Origin: Somniosus microcephalus
Taxonomy: Eukaryota
Direction of reading: 5' to 3'
Assembly (NCBI GenBank): GCA_052327205.1
Contig: CM126204.1
Span: 212,970,001 to 213,034,000 of the forward strand
DNA: 64,000 bases
Positions within the stretch are counted from its first letter, which is position 1; every line of letters starts with the position of its first letter. Under the pieces are notes generated by a model. It was not told the DNA's origin and searched no databases. It worked only from the letters and a program-made list of their open reading frames with translations. The translations under genes and the position numbers were made by a program. Shown piece after piece: positions 11,701 to 26,700 of this stretch.

Positions 11701-14700
11701 AGCATCTAGACACGGCAATCACCAGACACACTGAGCGACTAGACATAGCAATCACCAGACATACTGAGTGTCTGGACAGAGCAATCACCAGACTTACTGA
11801 GCGTCTAGACATAGCAATCGCCAGACACACTGAGCGACTGGACACAACAATCAGCAGCCACACTGAGCTTCCAGACACAGCAATCACCAGACACCTTGAG
11901 GTGCTAGACAGCAATCACAAGACACAATGTGTGTCTCGACACAGCAATCTCCAGACACACTGAGCGTGTGGACACAGCAATCACTAGACACAGTGAGCGT
12001 CTAGACACAACAATCACCACAAACACTGAGCGTCATGAAACAGCAATCACAAGACACACTGAGCATCTGGACACATCAATCACAAGACACACTGAGCATC
12101 TGGACAGATCGATCACAAGACACACTGAGCGTCTAGACACTGCAATCACCTGACACACTGAGCGTTTGGACACAGCAATCACTAGATTCACTGAGCGTCT
12201 AGGCACAGCAATCACAAGACACACTAAGCATCTAGACACAGCAATCACCAGACACACTGAGTGGCTGGACACAGCAATTACAAGACATGCTGAAAGTCTA
12301 GACACAGCAATCACAAGATACACTGAGCGTCTGGACACAGCAATCATAAGACACAGAGCGCCCGGACACAGCAATCATAAGACACACTGAGCCTTTAGAC
12401 ACATCAAACACAAGACACAATGAGAGTCTAGACATAGCAATCACCAGCCACACTGAGCGTCTAGACACAGCAATCACACGACACACTGAGTGTCTGGACA
12501 CAGCAATCACCAGACACACTGAGTGTCTACACACAGCAACCACAAGACACACTGAGCATCGAGACACAGCAATCACCAGACACACTGAGTGTCTACACAC
12601 AGCAACCACAAGACACACTGAGCGCCTAGACACAGCAATGACAGGACACACTGCGCATCTAGACACAGCAATCGCCAGACACACTGAGCGTCTAGACCAC
12701 AGCAATCACCAGACACACTGAGCGACAAAACATAGCAATCACCATACATACTGAGTGTCTGCACAGAGCAATCACCAGACATACTGAGCGTCTAGACAAA
12801 GCAATCACCAGACATACTGAGTGTCTGGACACAGCAATCACATGACACACTGAGCATCTAAACACAGCAATCACCAGACATACTGAGCGTCTACACGACA
12901 GCAATCACCAGACACACTGAGCGTCTGGAGACAGCAATCACCACAAACACTGAGGGTCAAGAAACAGCAATCACAAGACGCACTGAGAATCTAGACACAG
13001 CAATCACCACAGACACTGAGCGTCTAGACACAGCAATCACTAGATACACCGAGCGTCTACACACAGCAATCACAAGGCACACTGAATGTCTAGACATAGC
13101 AATCACCAGACACACTGAGTGTCTGGACACAGCAATCACAAGAGACACTGAGCATCTGGACACAACAATCAGCAGCCACACTGAGCTTCTAGACACAGCA
13201 ATCACTAGACACACTGAGGTGCTTGACAGCAATCACAAGACACACTGTGCGTCTAGACACAGCAATCTCCAGACACACTGAGCGTCTGGACACAACAATC
13301 ACTAGACTCAATGAGCATCTAGGCACAGCAATCACAAGACACACTTAGCATCTAGACACAGCAATCACCAGACACACCGAGCATCTGGGCAGATCAATCA
13401 CAGGACACTATGAGTGTCTAGACACGGCAATCACCTGACATGCTGAGCGTCTGGACACAGCAATCACCAGACACACTGAGCATCTAGACACAGCAATCAG
13501 GAGACACACCGAACATCTAGACACAGCAATCACCAGACACACTGAGCATCTTTACACAGCAATCACAAGACACACTGAGCATCTAGACACAGCAATGACA
13601 GGACACACTGCGCATCTAGACACAGCAATCACCAGACACACTGAGCGTCTAGACCACAGCAATCACCAGACACACTGAGCATCTAGATACTGCAATCACC
13701 AGACACACTGAGCGACTAGACACAGCAATCACCGGACACACTGAGCGTTTGCACACAGCAATCACCTGACACATCGAACATCTAGACACAGCAATCACAA
13801 GATACACTCAGCATCTAAACGCAGCAATCACCAGACACACTGAGCATCTTGACACAGCAAGCACAAGACACACTGAGCATCTAGACACAGCAATGACAGG
13901 ACACACTGAGCATCTAGACACAGCAATCACCAGACACACTGAGCGACTAGACATAGCAATCACCAGACATACTGAGTGTCTGGACAGAGCAATCACCAGA
14001 CATACTGAGCGTCTAGACATAGCAATCACCAGACACACTGAGAATCTAAACACAGCAATCACCAGACATACTGAGCATCTAGACCACAGCAATCACAAGA
14101 CGCACTGAGAATCTAGACACAGCAATCACCACAGACACTGAGCGTCTAGACACAGCAATCACCAGATAAACCGAGCGTCTACACACAGCAATCACCAGGC
14201 ACATTGAGCATCTAAACACAGCAATTACAAGACACACTAAGTGCCTAGACACAGCAATCACCAGACATACTGAGTGTCTGGACACAGCAATCGCATGACA
14301 CACTGAGCATCTAAACACAGCAATCACCAGACACACTGAGAGTCTAGAAAACAGCAATCACCAGACACACTGAGCTTCTGGACAGATCAATCACAGGACA
14401 CTATGAGTGTCTAGACACTGCAATCACCTGACACGCTGAGCGTCTGGACACAGCAATCACCAGACACACTGAGCATCTAGACACAGCAATCAGCAGACAC
14501 ACCGAGCGTCTGCACACAGCAATCACCTGACACATCGAACATCTCGACACAGCAATCACAAGACACACTGAGCATCTAGACACAGCAATCATCTGACACA
14601 CTGAGCGTCTAGGCACAGCAATGACAGGACACACTGAGCATCTAGCCACAGCAATCAGCAGACACAATGAGCATCTAGACACAGCAATCACCAGACAAAC

Positions 14701-17700
14701 TTAGCATCTAGACACGGCAGCACAAGACACACTGAGCGTCTAGACACAGCAATGACAGGACACAATGAGCGTCAAGACACAGCAATCACCAGACACACTG
14801 AGCGTCTGGACACAGCAATCACCAGACACACTGAGCATCTTGACCACAGCAATCACCAGACACACTGAGCGCCCGCACACAGCAATCATCAGAAACACTG
14901 AGTGTCTAGGCACAGCAATCACAAGGCACACTGAGCGTGTAGACAAAGCAATCACCAGATACACCCTGCATCTGGACACAGCAATCACCAGGCACACTGA
15001 GCACCTAGACACAACAATCACCAGACACACCGAGCGTCCAGACACAGCAATCACCACAAACACTGAGCGTTCAAGAAACAGCAATCACAAGACACACTGA
15101 GAATCTAGACACAGCAATCACCACAGACACTGAGCGTCTAGACACAGCAATCACCAGACACACCGAGCGTCCAGACACAGCAATCACCAGACACACTGAG
15201 CATATAGACACAGCAATCACAATACACACTGAGCATCTAGACACAGCAATCACCAGACACACCGAGCATCTGGACAGATCAATCACAGGACACTATGAGT
15301 GTCTAGACACTGCAATCACCTGACACGCTGAGCGTCTGGACACAGCAATCACCAGACACACTGAGCATCTAGACACAGCAATCAGCAGACACACCGAGCG
15401 TCTGCACACAGCAATCACCTGACACATCGAACATCTCGACACAGCAATCACAAGACACACTGAGCATCTAGACACAGCAATCACCAGACAAACTTAGCAT
15501 CTAGACACGGCAGCACAAGACACACTGAGCGTCTAGACACAGCAATGACAGGACACAATGAGCGTCAAGACACAGCAATCACCAGACACACTGAGCATCT
15601 AGACCACAGCAATCACCAGACACACTGAGCCTCTGGACACAGCAATCATCAGAAACACAGTGTCTAGGCACAGCAATCACAAGGCACACTGAGCGTGTAG
15701 ACAAAGCAATCACCAGATACACCCTGCATCTGGACACAGCCTTCACCAGGCACACTGAGCGCCGAGACACAACAATCACCAGACACACTGAGCGTCTGGA
15801 CACAGCAATCACCACAAACACTGAGCATTCAAGAAACAGCAATCACAAGACACACTGAGAATCTAGACACAGCAATCACCACATACACTGAGCGTCTAGA
15901 CACAGCAATCACCAGACACACCGAGCGTCCAGACACAGCAATCACCAGACACAATGAGCATATAGACACAGCAATCACAATACACACTGAGCATCTAGAC
16001 ACAGCAATCACCAGACACACCGAGCATCTGGACAGATCAATCACAGGACACTATGAGTGTCTAGACACTGCAATCACCTGACACGCTGAGCGTCTGGACA
16101 CAGCAATCACCAGACACACTGAGCATCTAGACACAGCAATCAGCAGACACACCGAGCGTCTGCACACAGCAATCACCTGACACATCGAACATCTCGACAC
16201 AGCAATCACAAGACACACTGAGCATCTAGACTCAGCAATCATCTGACACACTGAGCGTCTAGGCACAGCAATGACAGGACACACTGAGCATCTAGACACA
16301 GCAATCACCAGACACAGTGAGCATCTAGACCACAGCAATCACCAGACACACTGAACATCTAGACACTGCAATCACCAGACACACTGAGCGTCTAGACATA
16401 GCAATCACCAGACATATTGAGTATCTGGACAGAGCAATCACCAGACATACTGAGCGCCTAGACATAGCAATCACCAGACATACTGAGTGTCTGGACACAG
16501 CAATCACCAGACACACTGAGCATCTAGACACAGCAATCAGCAGACACACCGAGCGACTGCACACAGCAATCACCTGACACATCGAACATCTCGACACAGC
16601 AATCACAAGACACACTGAGCATCTAGACACAGCAATCATCTGACACACTGAGCGTCTAGGCACAGCAATGACAGGGCACACTGAGCATCTAGACACAGCA
16701 ATCACAAGACACAGTGAGCGTCTAGACCACAGCAATCACCAGACACACTGAGCATCTAGACATTGCAATCACCAGACACACTGAGCGTCTCGACATAGCA
16801 ATCACCAGACATATTGAGTATCTGGACAGAGCAATCACCAGACATACTGAGCGTCTAGACATAGCAATCACCAGACATACTGAGTGTCTGGACACAGCAA
16901 TCACAAGACACACTGAGCATATAGACACAGCAATCACCAGACACCTGAGCGTCTATACACAGCAATATCAAGACACACCGAATGTCTAGACACAGCAATC
17001 GCCAGACACACCGAGTGTCTAGACACAACAATCACCAGACACACTGTGCGTCTGGACACAACAATCTCCAGACACACTGAGCTTCTGGACACAGCAATCA
17101 CAAGACACACCAAACATCTAGACACAGCAATCACCAGACACACTGAGCAGCTGGACACAGCAATTACAAGACACGCTGAAAGTCTAGACACAGCAATCAC
17201 AAGACAAACTGAGCGTCTGGACACAGCAATCAAAAGAGACAGAGCGTCTGGACACAGCAATCATAAAACACACTGAACATCTGGACATAGCAATCACCAA
17301 AGACACTGAGCATCTAAACACAGCAATCACTAGACACAGTGAGCATCTAGACACAGCAATCACCAGACACACTGAGCGTATAGACACAGCAATCACAATA
17401 CACACTGAGCATCTAGACACAGCAATCACCAGACACACTGAGCATCTGGACAGATCAATCACAGGACACTATGAGTGTCTAGACACTGCAATCACCTGAC
17501 ACACTGAGCGTCTGGACACAGCAATCACCAGACACACTGAGCATCTAGACAGAGCAATCACCAGACACACTGAGCGTATAGACACAGCAATCACAATACA
17601 CACTGAGCATCTAGACACAGCAATCACCAGACACACTGAGCATCTGGACAGATCAATCACAGGACACTATGAGTGTCTCGACACTGCAATCACCTGACAC

Positions 17701-20700
17701 GCTGAGCGTTTGCACACAGCAATCACCTGACTCATCGAACATCTAGACACAGCAATCACAAGACACACTGAGCATCTAGAGACAGCAATCATCTGACACA
17801 CTGAACGCCTGGACACAGCAATCACCAGACACACTGAGCATCTAGACACAGCAATCACTAGATACACCGAGCGTCTACACACAGCAATCACAAGGCACAC
17901 TGAATGTCTAGACACAGCAATCACCAGACACACTGAATGTCTAGACACAGCAATCACCAGACACACTGAGTGTCTGGACACAGCAATCACAAGAGACACT
18001 GAGCATCTGGACACAACAATCAGCAGCCACACTGAGCTTCCAGACACAGCAATCACCAGACACCTTGAGGTGCTAGACAGCAATCACAAGACACAATGTG
18101 TGTCTCGACACAGCAATCTCCAGACACACTGAGCGTGTGGACACAGCAATCACTAGACACAGTGAGCGTCTAGACACAACAATCACCACAAACACTGAGC
18201 GTCATGAAACAGCAATCACAAGACACACTGAGCATCTGGACACATCAATCACAAGACACACTGAGCATCTGGACAGATCGATCACAAGACACACTGAGCG
18301 TCTAGACACTGCAATCACCTGACACACTGAGCGTTTGGACACAGCAATCACTAGATTCACTGAGCGTCTAGGCACAGCAATCACAAGACACACTAAGCAT
18401 CTAGACACAGCAATCACCAGACACACTGAGTGGCTGGACACAGCAATTACAAGACATGCTGAAAGTCTAGACACAGCAATCACAAGATACACTGAGCGTC
18501 TGGACACAGCAATCATAAGACACAGAGCGCCCGGACACAGCAATCATAAGACACACTGAGCCTTTAGACACATCAAACACAAGACACAATGAGAGTCTAG
18601 ACATAGCAATCACCAGCCACACTGAGCGTCTAGACACAGCAATCACACGACACACTGAGTGTCTGGACACAGCAATCACCAGACACACTGAGTGTCTACA
18701 CACAGCAACCACAAGACACACTGAGCATCGAGACACAGCAATCACCAGACACACTGAGTGTCTACACACAGCAACCACAAGACACACTGAGCGCCTAGAC
18801 ACAGCAATGACAGGACACACTGCGCATCTAGACACAGCAATCGCCAGACACACTGAGCGTCTAGACCACAGCAATCACCAGACACACTGAGCAACAAAAC
18901 ATAGCAATCACCATACATACTGAGTGTCTGCACAGAGCAATCACCAGACATACTGAGCGTCTAGACAAAGCAATCACCAGACATACTGAGTGTCTGGACA
19001 CAGCAATCACATGACACACTGAGCATCTAAACACAGCAATCACCAGACATACTGAGCGTCTACACGACAGCAATCACCAGACACACTGAGCGTCTGGAGA
19101 CAGCAATCACCACAAACACTGAGGGTCAAGAAACAGCAATCACAAGACGCACTGAGAATCTAGACACAGCAATCACCACAGACACTGAGCGTCTAGACAC
19201 AGCAATCACTAGATACACCGAGCGTCTACACACAGCAATCACAAGGCACACTGAATGTCTAGACATAGCAATCACCAGACACACTGAGTGTCTGGACACA
19301 GCAATCACAAGAGACACTGAGCATCTGGACACAACAATCAGCAGCCACACTGAGCTTCTAGACACAGCAATCACTAGACACACTGAGGTGCTTGACAGCA
19401 ATCACAAGACACACTGTGCGTCTAGACACAGCAATCTCCAGACACACTGAGCGTCTGGACACAACAATCACTAGACTCAATGAGCATCTAGGCACAGCAA
19501 TCACAAGACACACTTAGCATCTAGACACAGCAATCACCAGACACACCGAGCATCTGGGCAGATCAATCACAGGACACTATGAGTGTCTAGACACGGCAAT
19601 CACCTGACATGCTGAGCGTCTGGACACAGCAATCACCAGACACACTGAGCATCTAGACACAGCAATCAGGAGACACACCGAACATCTAGACACAGCAATC
19701 ACCAGACACACTGAGCATCTTTACACAGCAATCACAAGACACACTGAGCATCTAGACACAGCAATGACAGGACACACTGCGCATCTAGACACAGCAATCA
19801 CCAGACACACTGAGCGTCTAGACCACAGCAATCACCAGACACACTGAGCATCTAGATACTGCAATCACCAGACACACTGAGCGACTAGACACAGCAATCA
19901 CCGGACACACTGAGCGTTTGCACACAGCAATCACCTGACACATCGAACATCTAGACACAGCAATCACAAGATACACTCAGCATCTAAACGCAGCAATCAC
20001 CAGACACACTGAGCATCTTGACACAGCAAGCACAAGACACACTGAGCATCTAGACACAGCAATGACAGGACACACTGAGCATCTAGACACAGCAATCACC
20101 AGACACACTGAGCGACTAGACATAGCAATCACCAGACATACTGAGTGTCTGGACAGAGCAATCACCAGACATACTGAGCGTCTAGACATAGCAATCACCA
20201 GACACACTGAGAATCTAAACACAGCAATCACCAGACATACTGAGCATCTAGACCACAGCAATCACCAGACACACTGAGCGTCTGGACACAGCAATCACCA
20301 CAAACACTGAGGGTCAAGAAACAGCAATCACAAGACGCACTGAGAATCTAGACACAGCAATCACCACAGACACTGAGCGTCTAGACACAGCAATCACCAG
20401 ATAAACCGAGCGTCTACACACAGCAATCACCAGGCACATTGAGCATCTAAACACAGCAATTACAAGACACACTAAGTGCCTAGACACAGCAATCACCAGA
20501 CATACTGAGTGTCTGGACACAGCAATCGCATGACACACTGAGCATCTAAACACAGCAATCACCAGACACACTGAGAGTCTAGAAAACAGCAATCACCAGA
20601 CACACTGAGCTTCTGGACAGATCAATCACAGGACACTATGAGTGTCTAGACACTGCAATCACCTGACACGCTGAGCGTCTGGACACAGCAATCACCAGAC

Positions 20701-23700
20701 ACACTGAGCATCTAGACACAGCAATCAGCAGACACACCGAGCGTCTGCACACAGCAATCACCTGACACATCGAACATCTCGACACAGCAATCACAAGACA
20801 CACTGAGCATCTAGACACAGCAATCATCTGACACACTGAGCGTCTAGGCACAGCAATGACAGGACACACTGAGCATCTAGCCACAGCAATCAGCAGACAC
20901 AATGAGCATCTAGACACAGCAATCACCAGACAAACTTAGCATCTAGACACGGCAGCACAAGACACACTGAGCGTCTAGACACAGCAATGACAGGACACAA
21001 TGAGCGTCAAGACACAGCAATCACCAGACACACTGAGCGTCTGGACACAGCAATCACCAGACACACTGAGCATCTTGACCACAGCAATCACCAGACACAC
21101 TGAGCGCCCGCACACAGCAATCATCAGAAACACTGAGTGTCTAGGCACAGCAATCACAAGGCACACTGAGCGTGTAGACAAAGCAATCACCAGATACACC
21201 CTGCATCTGGACACAGCAATCACCAGGCACACTGAGCACCTAGACACAACAATCACCAGACACACCGAGCGTCCAGACACAGCAATCACCACAAACACTG
21301 AGCGTTCAAGAAACAGCAATCACAAGACACACTGAGAATCTAGACACAGCAATCACCACAGACACTGAGCGTCTAGACACAGCAATCACCAGACACACCG
21401 AGCGTCCAGACACAGCAATCACCAGACACACTGAGCATATAGACACAGCAATCACAATACACACTGAGCATCTAGACACAGCAATCACCAGACACACCGA
21501 GCATCTGGACAGATCAATCACAGGACACTATGAGTGTCCAGACACTGCAATCACCTGACACGCTGAGCGTCTGGACACAGCAATCACCAGACACACTGAG
21601 CATCTAGACACAGCAATCAGCAGACACACCGAGCGTCTGCACACAGCAATCACCTGACACATCGAACATCTCGACACAGCAATCACAAGACACACTGAGC
21701 ATCTAGACACAGCAATCACCAGACAAACTTAGCATCTAGACACGGCAGCACAAGACACACTGAGCGTCTAGACACAGCAATGACAGGACACAATGAGCGT
21801 CAAGACACAGCAATCACCAGACACACTGAGCATCTAGACCACAGCAATCACCAGACACACTGAGCCTCTGGACACAGCAATCATCAGAAACACAGTGTCT
21901 AGGCACAGCAATCACAAGGCACACTGAGCGTGTAGACAAAGCAATCACCAGATACACCCTGCATCTGGACACAGCCTTCACCAGGCACACTGAGCGCCGA
22001 GACACAACAATCACCAGACACACTGAGCGTCTGGACACAGCAATCACCACAAACACTGAGCATTCAAGAAACAGCAATCACAAGACACACTGAGAATCTA
22101 GACACAGCAATCACCACATACACTGAGCGTCTAGACACAGCAATCACCAGACACACCGAGCGTCCAGACACAGCAATCACCAGACACAATGAGCATATAG
22201 ACACAGCAATCACAATACACACTGAGCATCTAGACACAGCAATCACCAGACACACCGAGCATCTGGACAGATCAATCACAGGACACTATGAGTGTCTAGA
22301 CACTGCAATCACCTGACACGCTGAGCGTCTGGACACAGCAATCACCAGACACACTGAGCATCTAGACACAGCAATCAGCAGACACACCGAGCGTCTGCAC
22401 ACAGCAATCACCTGACACATCGAACATCTCGACACAGCAATCACAAGACACACTGAGCATCTAGACTCAGCAATCATCTGACACACTGAGCGTCTAGGCA
22501 CAGCAATGACAGGACACACTGAGCATCTAGACACAGCAATCACCAGACACAGTGAGCGTCTAGACCACAGCAATCACCAGACACACTGAACATCTAGACA
22601 CTGCAATCACCAGACACACTGAGCGTCTAGACATAGCAATCACCAGACATATTGAGTATCTGGACAGAGCAATCACCAGACATACTGAGCGCCTAGACAT
22701 AGCAATCACCAGACATACTGAGTGTCTGGACACAGCAATCACCAGACACACTGAGCATCTAGACACAGCAATCAGCAGACACACCGAGCGACTGCACACA
22801 GCAATCACCTGACACATCGAACATCTCGACACAGCAATCACAAGACACACTGAGCATCTAGACACAGCAATCATCTGACACACTGAGCGTCTAGGCACAG
22901 CAATGACAGGACACACTGAGCATCTAGACACAGCAATCACAAGACACAGTGAGCGTCTAGACCACAGCAATCACCAGACACACTGAGCATCTAGACATTG
23001 CAATCACCAGACATACTGAGTGTCTGGACACAGCAATCACAAGACACACTGAGCATATAGACACAGCAATCACCAGACACCTGAGCGTCTATACACAGCA
23101 ATATCAAGACACACCGAATGTCTAGACACAGCAATCGCCAGACACACCGAGTGTCTAGACACAACAATCACCAGACACACTGTGCGTCTGGACACAACAA
23201 TCTCCAGACACACTGAGCTTCTGGACACAGCAATCACAAGACACACCAAACATCTAGACACAGCAATCACCAGACACACTGAGCAGCTGGACACAGCAAT
23301 TACAAGACACGCTGAAAGTCTAGACACAGCAATCACAAGACAAACTGAGCGTCTGGACACAGCAATCAAAAGAGACAGAGCGTCTGGACACAGCAATCAC
23401 AAAACACACTGAACATCTGGACATAGCAATCACCAAAGACACTGAGCATCTAAACACAGCAATCACTAGACACAGTGAGCATCTAGACAGAGCAATCACC
23501 AAACACACTGAGCGTATAGACACAGCAATCACAATACACACTGAGCATCTAGACACAGCAATCACCAGACACACTGAGCATCTGGACAGATCAATCACAG
23601 GACACTATGAGTGTCTAGACACTGCAATCACCTGACACGCTGAGCGTTTGCACACAGCAATCACCTGACTCATCGAACATCTAGACACAGCAATCGCAAG

Positions 23701-26700
23701 ACACACTGAGCATCTAGAGACAGCAATCATCTGACACACTGAACGCCTGGACACAGCAATCACCAGACACACTGAGCATCTAGACACGGCAATCACCAGA
23801 TACACTGAGCGACTAGACATAGCAATCACCAGACATACTGAGTGTCTGGACAGAGCAATCACCAGACATACTGAGCGTCTAGACATAGCAATCGTCAGAC
23901 ATACTGAGTGTCTGGACACAGCAAACACAAGACACACTGAGCATCTAGACACAGCAATCACCAGACACACTGAGCGTCTACACACAGCAATCACAAGACA
24001 CACTGAGCGTCTAGACACAGCAATGACAGGACAAACTGAGCATCTAGACACACCAATCACCAGGCACACTGAGTGTCTAGACCACAGCAATCACAAGACA
24101 CACTGAGCATCTAGACACGGCAATCACCAGATACACTGAGCGACTAGACATAGCAATCACCAGACATACTGAGTGTCTGGACAGAGCAATCACCAGACAT
24201 ACTGAGCGTCTAGACATAGCAATCACCAGACATACTGAGTGTCTGGACACAGCAATCACATGACACACTGAGAATCTAAGCACAGCAATCACCAGACATA
24301 CTGAGCGTCTAGACCACAGCAATCACCAGACACACTGAGCGTCTGGACACAGCAATCACCACAAACACTGAGGGTCAAGAAACAGCAATCACAAGATGCA
24401 CTGAGAATCTAGACACAGCAATCACCACAGACACTGAGCGTCTAGACACAGCAATCACCAGATAAACTGAGCGTCTACACACAGCAATCACCAGGCACAT
24501 TGAGCATCTAAACACAGCAATTACAAGACACACTGAGTGCCTAGACACAGCAATCACCAGTCATACTGAGTGTCTGGTCACAGCAATCACATGACACACT
24601 GAGCATCTAAACACAGCAATCACCAGACACACTGAAAGTCTAGAAAACAGCAATCACCAGACATACTGAGCATCTGGACACAGCAATCACTAGACACACT
24701 GAACATGTAGACACAGCAATCACCTGGCACACCAAGCGCCCAGACACAGCAATCAGCAGACACACTGAGCGTCTAGACACAGCAATCACCAGACACAATG
24801 AGCATCTAGACACAGCAATCACCAGACAAACTTAGCATCTAGACACGGCAGCACAAGACACACTGAGCGTCTAGACACAGCAATGACAGGACACAATGAG
24901 CGTCAAGACACAGCAATCACCAGACACACTGAGCATCTAGACCACAGCAATCACCAGACACACTGAGCGTCTGGACACAGCAATCATCAGAAACACTGAG
25001 TGTCTAGGCACAGCAATCACAAGGCACATGAGCGTGTAGACAAAGCAATCACCAGATACACCCTGCATCTGGACACAGCAATCACCAGGCACACTGAGCG
25101 CCTAGACACAACAATCACCAGACACACTGAGCGTCTGGACACAGCAATCACCACAAACACTGAGCGTTCAAGAAACAGCAATCACAAGACACACTAAGAA
25201 TCTAGACACAGCAATCACCACATACACTGAGCGTCTAGACACAGCAATCACCAGACACACCGAGCATCCAGACACAGCAATCACCAGACACACTGAGCAT
25301 ATAGACACAGCAATCACAATACACACTGAGCATCTAGACACAGCAATCACCAGACACACCGAGCATCTGGACAGATCAATCACAGGACACTATGAGTGTC
25401 TAGACACTGCAATCACCTGACACGCTGAGCGTCTGGACACAGCAATCACCAGACACACTGAGCATCTAGACACAGCAATCAGCAGACACACCGAGCGTCT
25501 GCACACAGCAATCACCTGACACATCGAACATCTCGACACAGCCATCACAAGACACACTGAGCATCTAGACGCAGCAATCATCTGACACACTGAACGTCTA
25601 GGCACAGCAATGACAGGACACACTGAGCATCTAGACACAGCAATCACCAGATACAGTGAGTGTCTAGACCACAGCAATCACCAGACACACTGAGCATCTA
25701 GACACTGCAATCACCAGACACACTGAGCGTCTAGACATAGCAATCACCAGACATATTGAGTATCTGGACAGAGCAATCACCAGACATACTGAGCGTCTAG
25801 ACATAGCAATCACCAGACATACTGAGCGTCTGGACACAGCAATCACAAGACACACTGAGCATATAGACACAGCAATCGCCAGGCACACCAAGTGTCTAGA
25901 CACAACAATCACCAGACATACTGAGCTTCTAGACACAGCAATCACCAGACACCTTGAGGTGCTAGACAACAATCACAAGACACACTGTGCGTCTAAACAC
26001 AGCAATCTCCAGACACACTGAGCTTCTGGACACAGCAATCACAAGACACACCAAACATCTAGACACAGCAATCACCAGACACACTGAGCAGCTGGACAAA
26101 GCAATTACAAGACACGCTGAAAGTCTAGACACAGCAATCACAAGACAAACTGAGCGTCTGGACACAGCAATCAAAAGAGACAGAGCGTCTGGACACAGCA
26201 ATCACAAAACACACTGAACATCTGGACATAGCAATCACCAAAGACACTGAGCGTCTAAACACAGCAATCACTAGACACAGTGAGCATCTAGACACAGCAA
26301 TCACCAGACACACTGAGCGTATAGACACAGCAATCACAATACACACTGAGCATCTAGACACAGCAATCACCAGACACACTGAGCATCTGGACAGATCAAT
26401 CACAGGACACTATGAGTGTCTAGACACTGCAATCACCTGACACACTGAGCGTCTGGACACAGCAATCACCAGACACACTGAGCATCTAGACAGAGCAATC
26501 AGCAGACACAGCCAGCGTCTAGACACAGCAATCACCAGACACACTGAGCGTTTGCACACAGCAATCACCTGACTCATCGAACATCTAGACACAGCAATCA
26601 CAAGACACACTGAGCATCTAGAGACAGCAATCATCTGACACACTGAGCGTCTAGACACAGCCATCACCAGACACACTGAGCGTCTAGACAACAGCAATGA

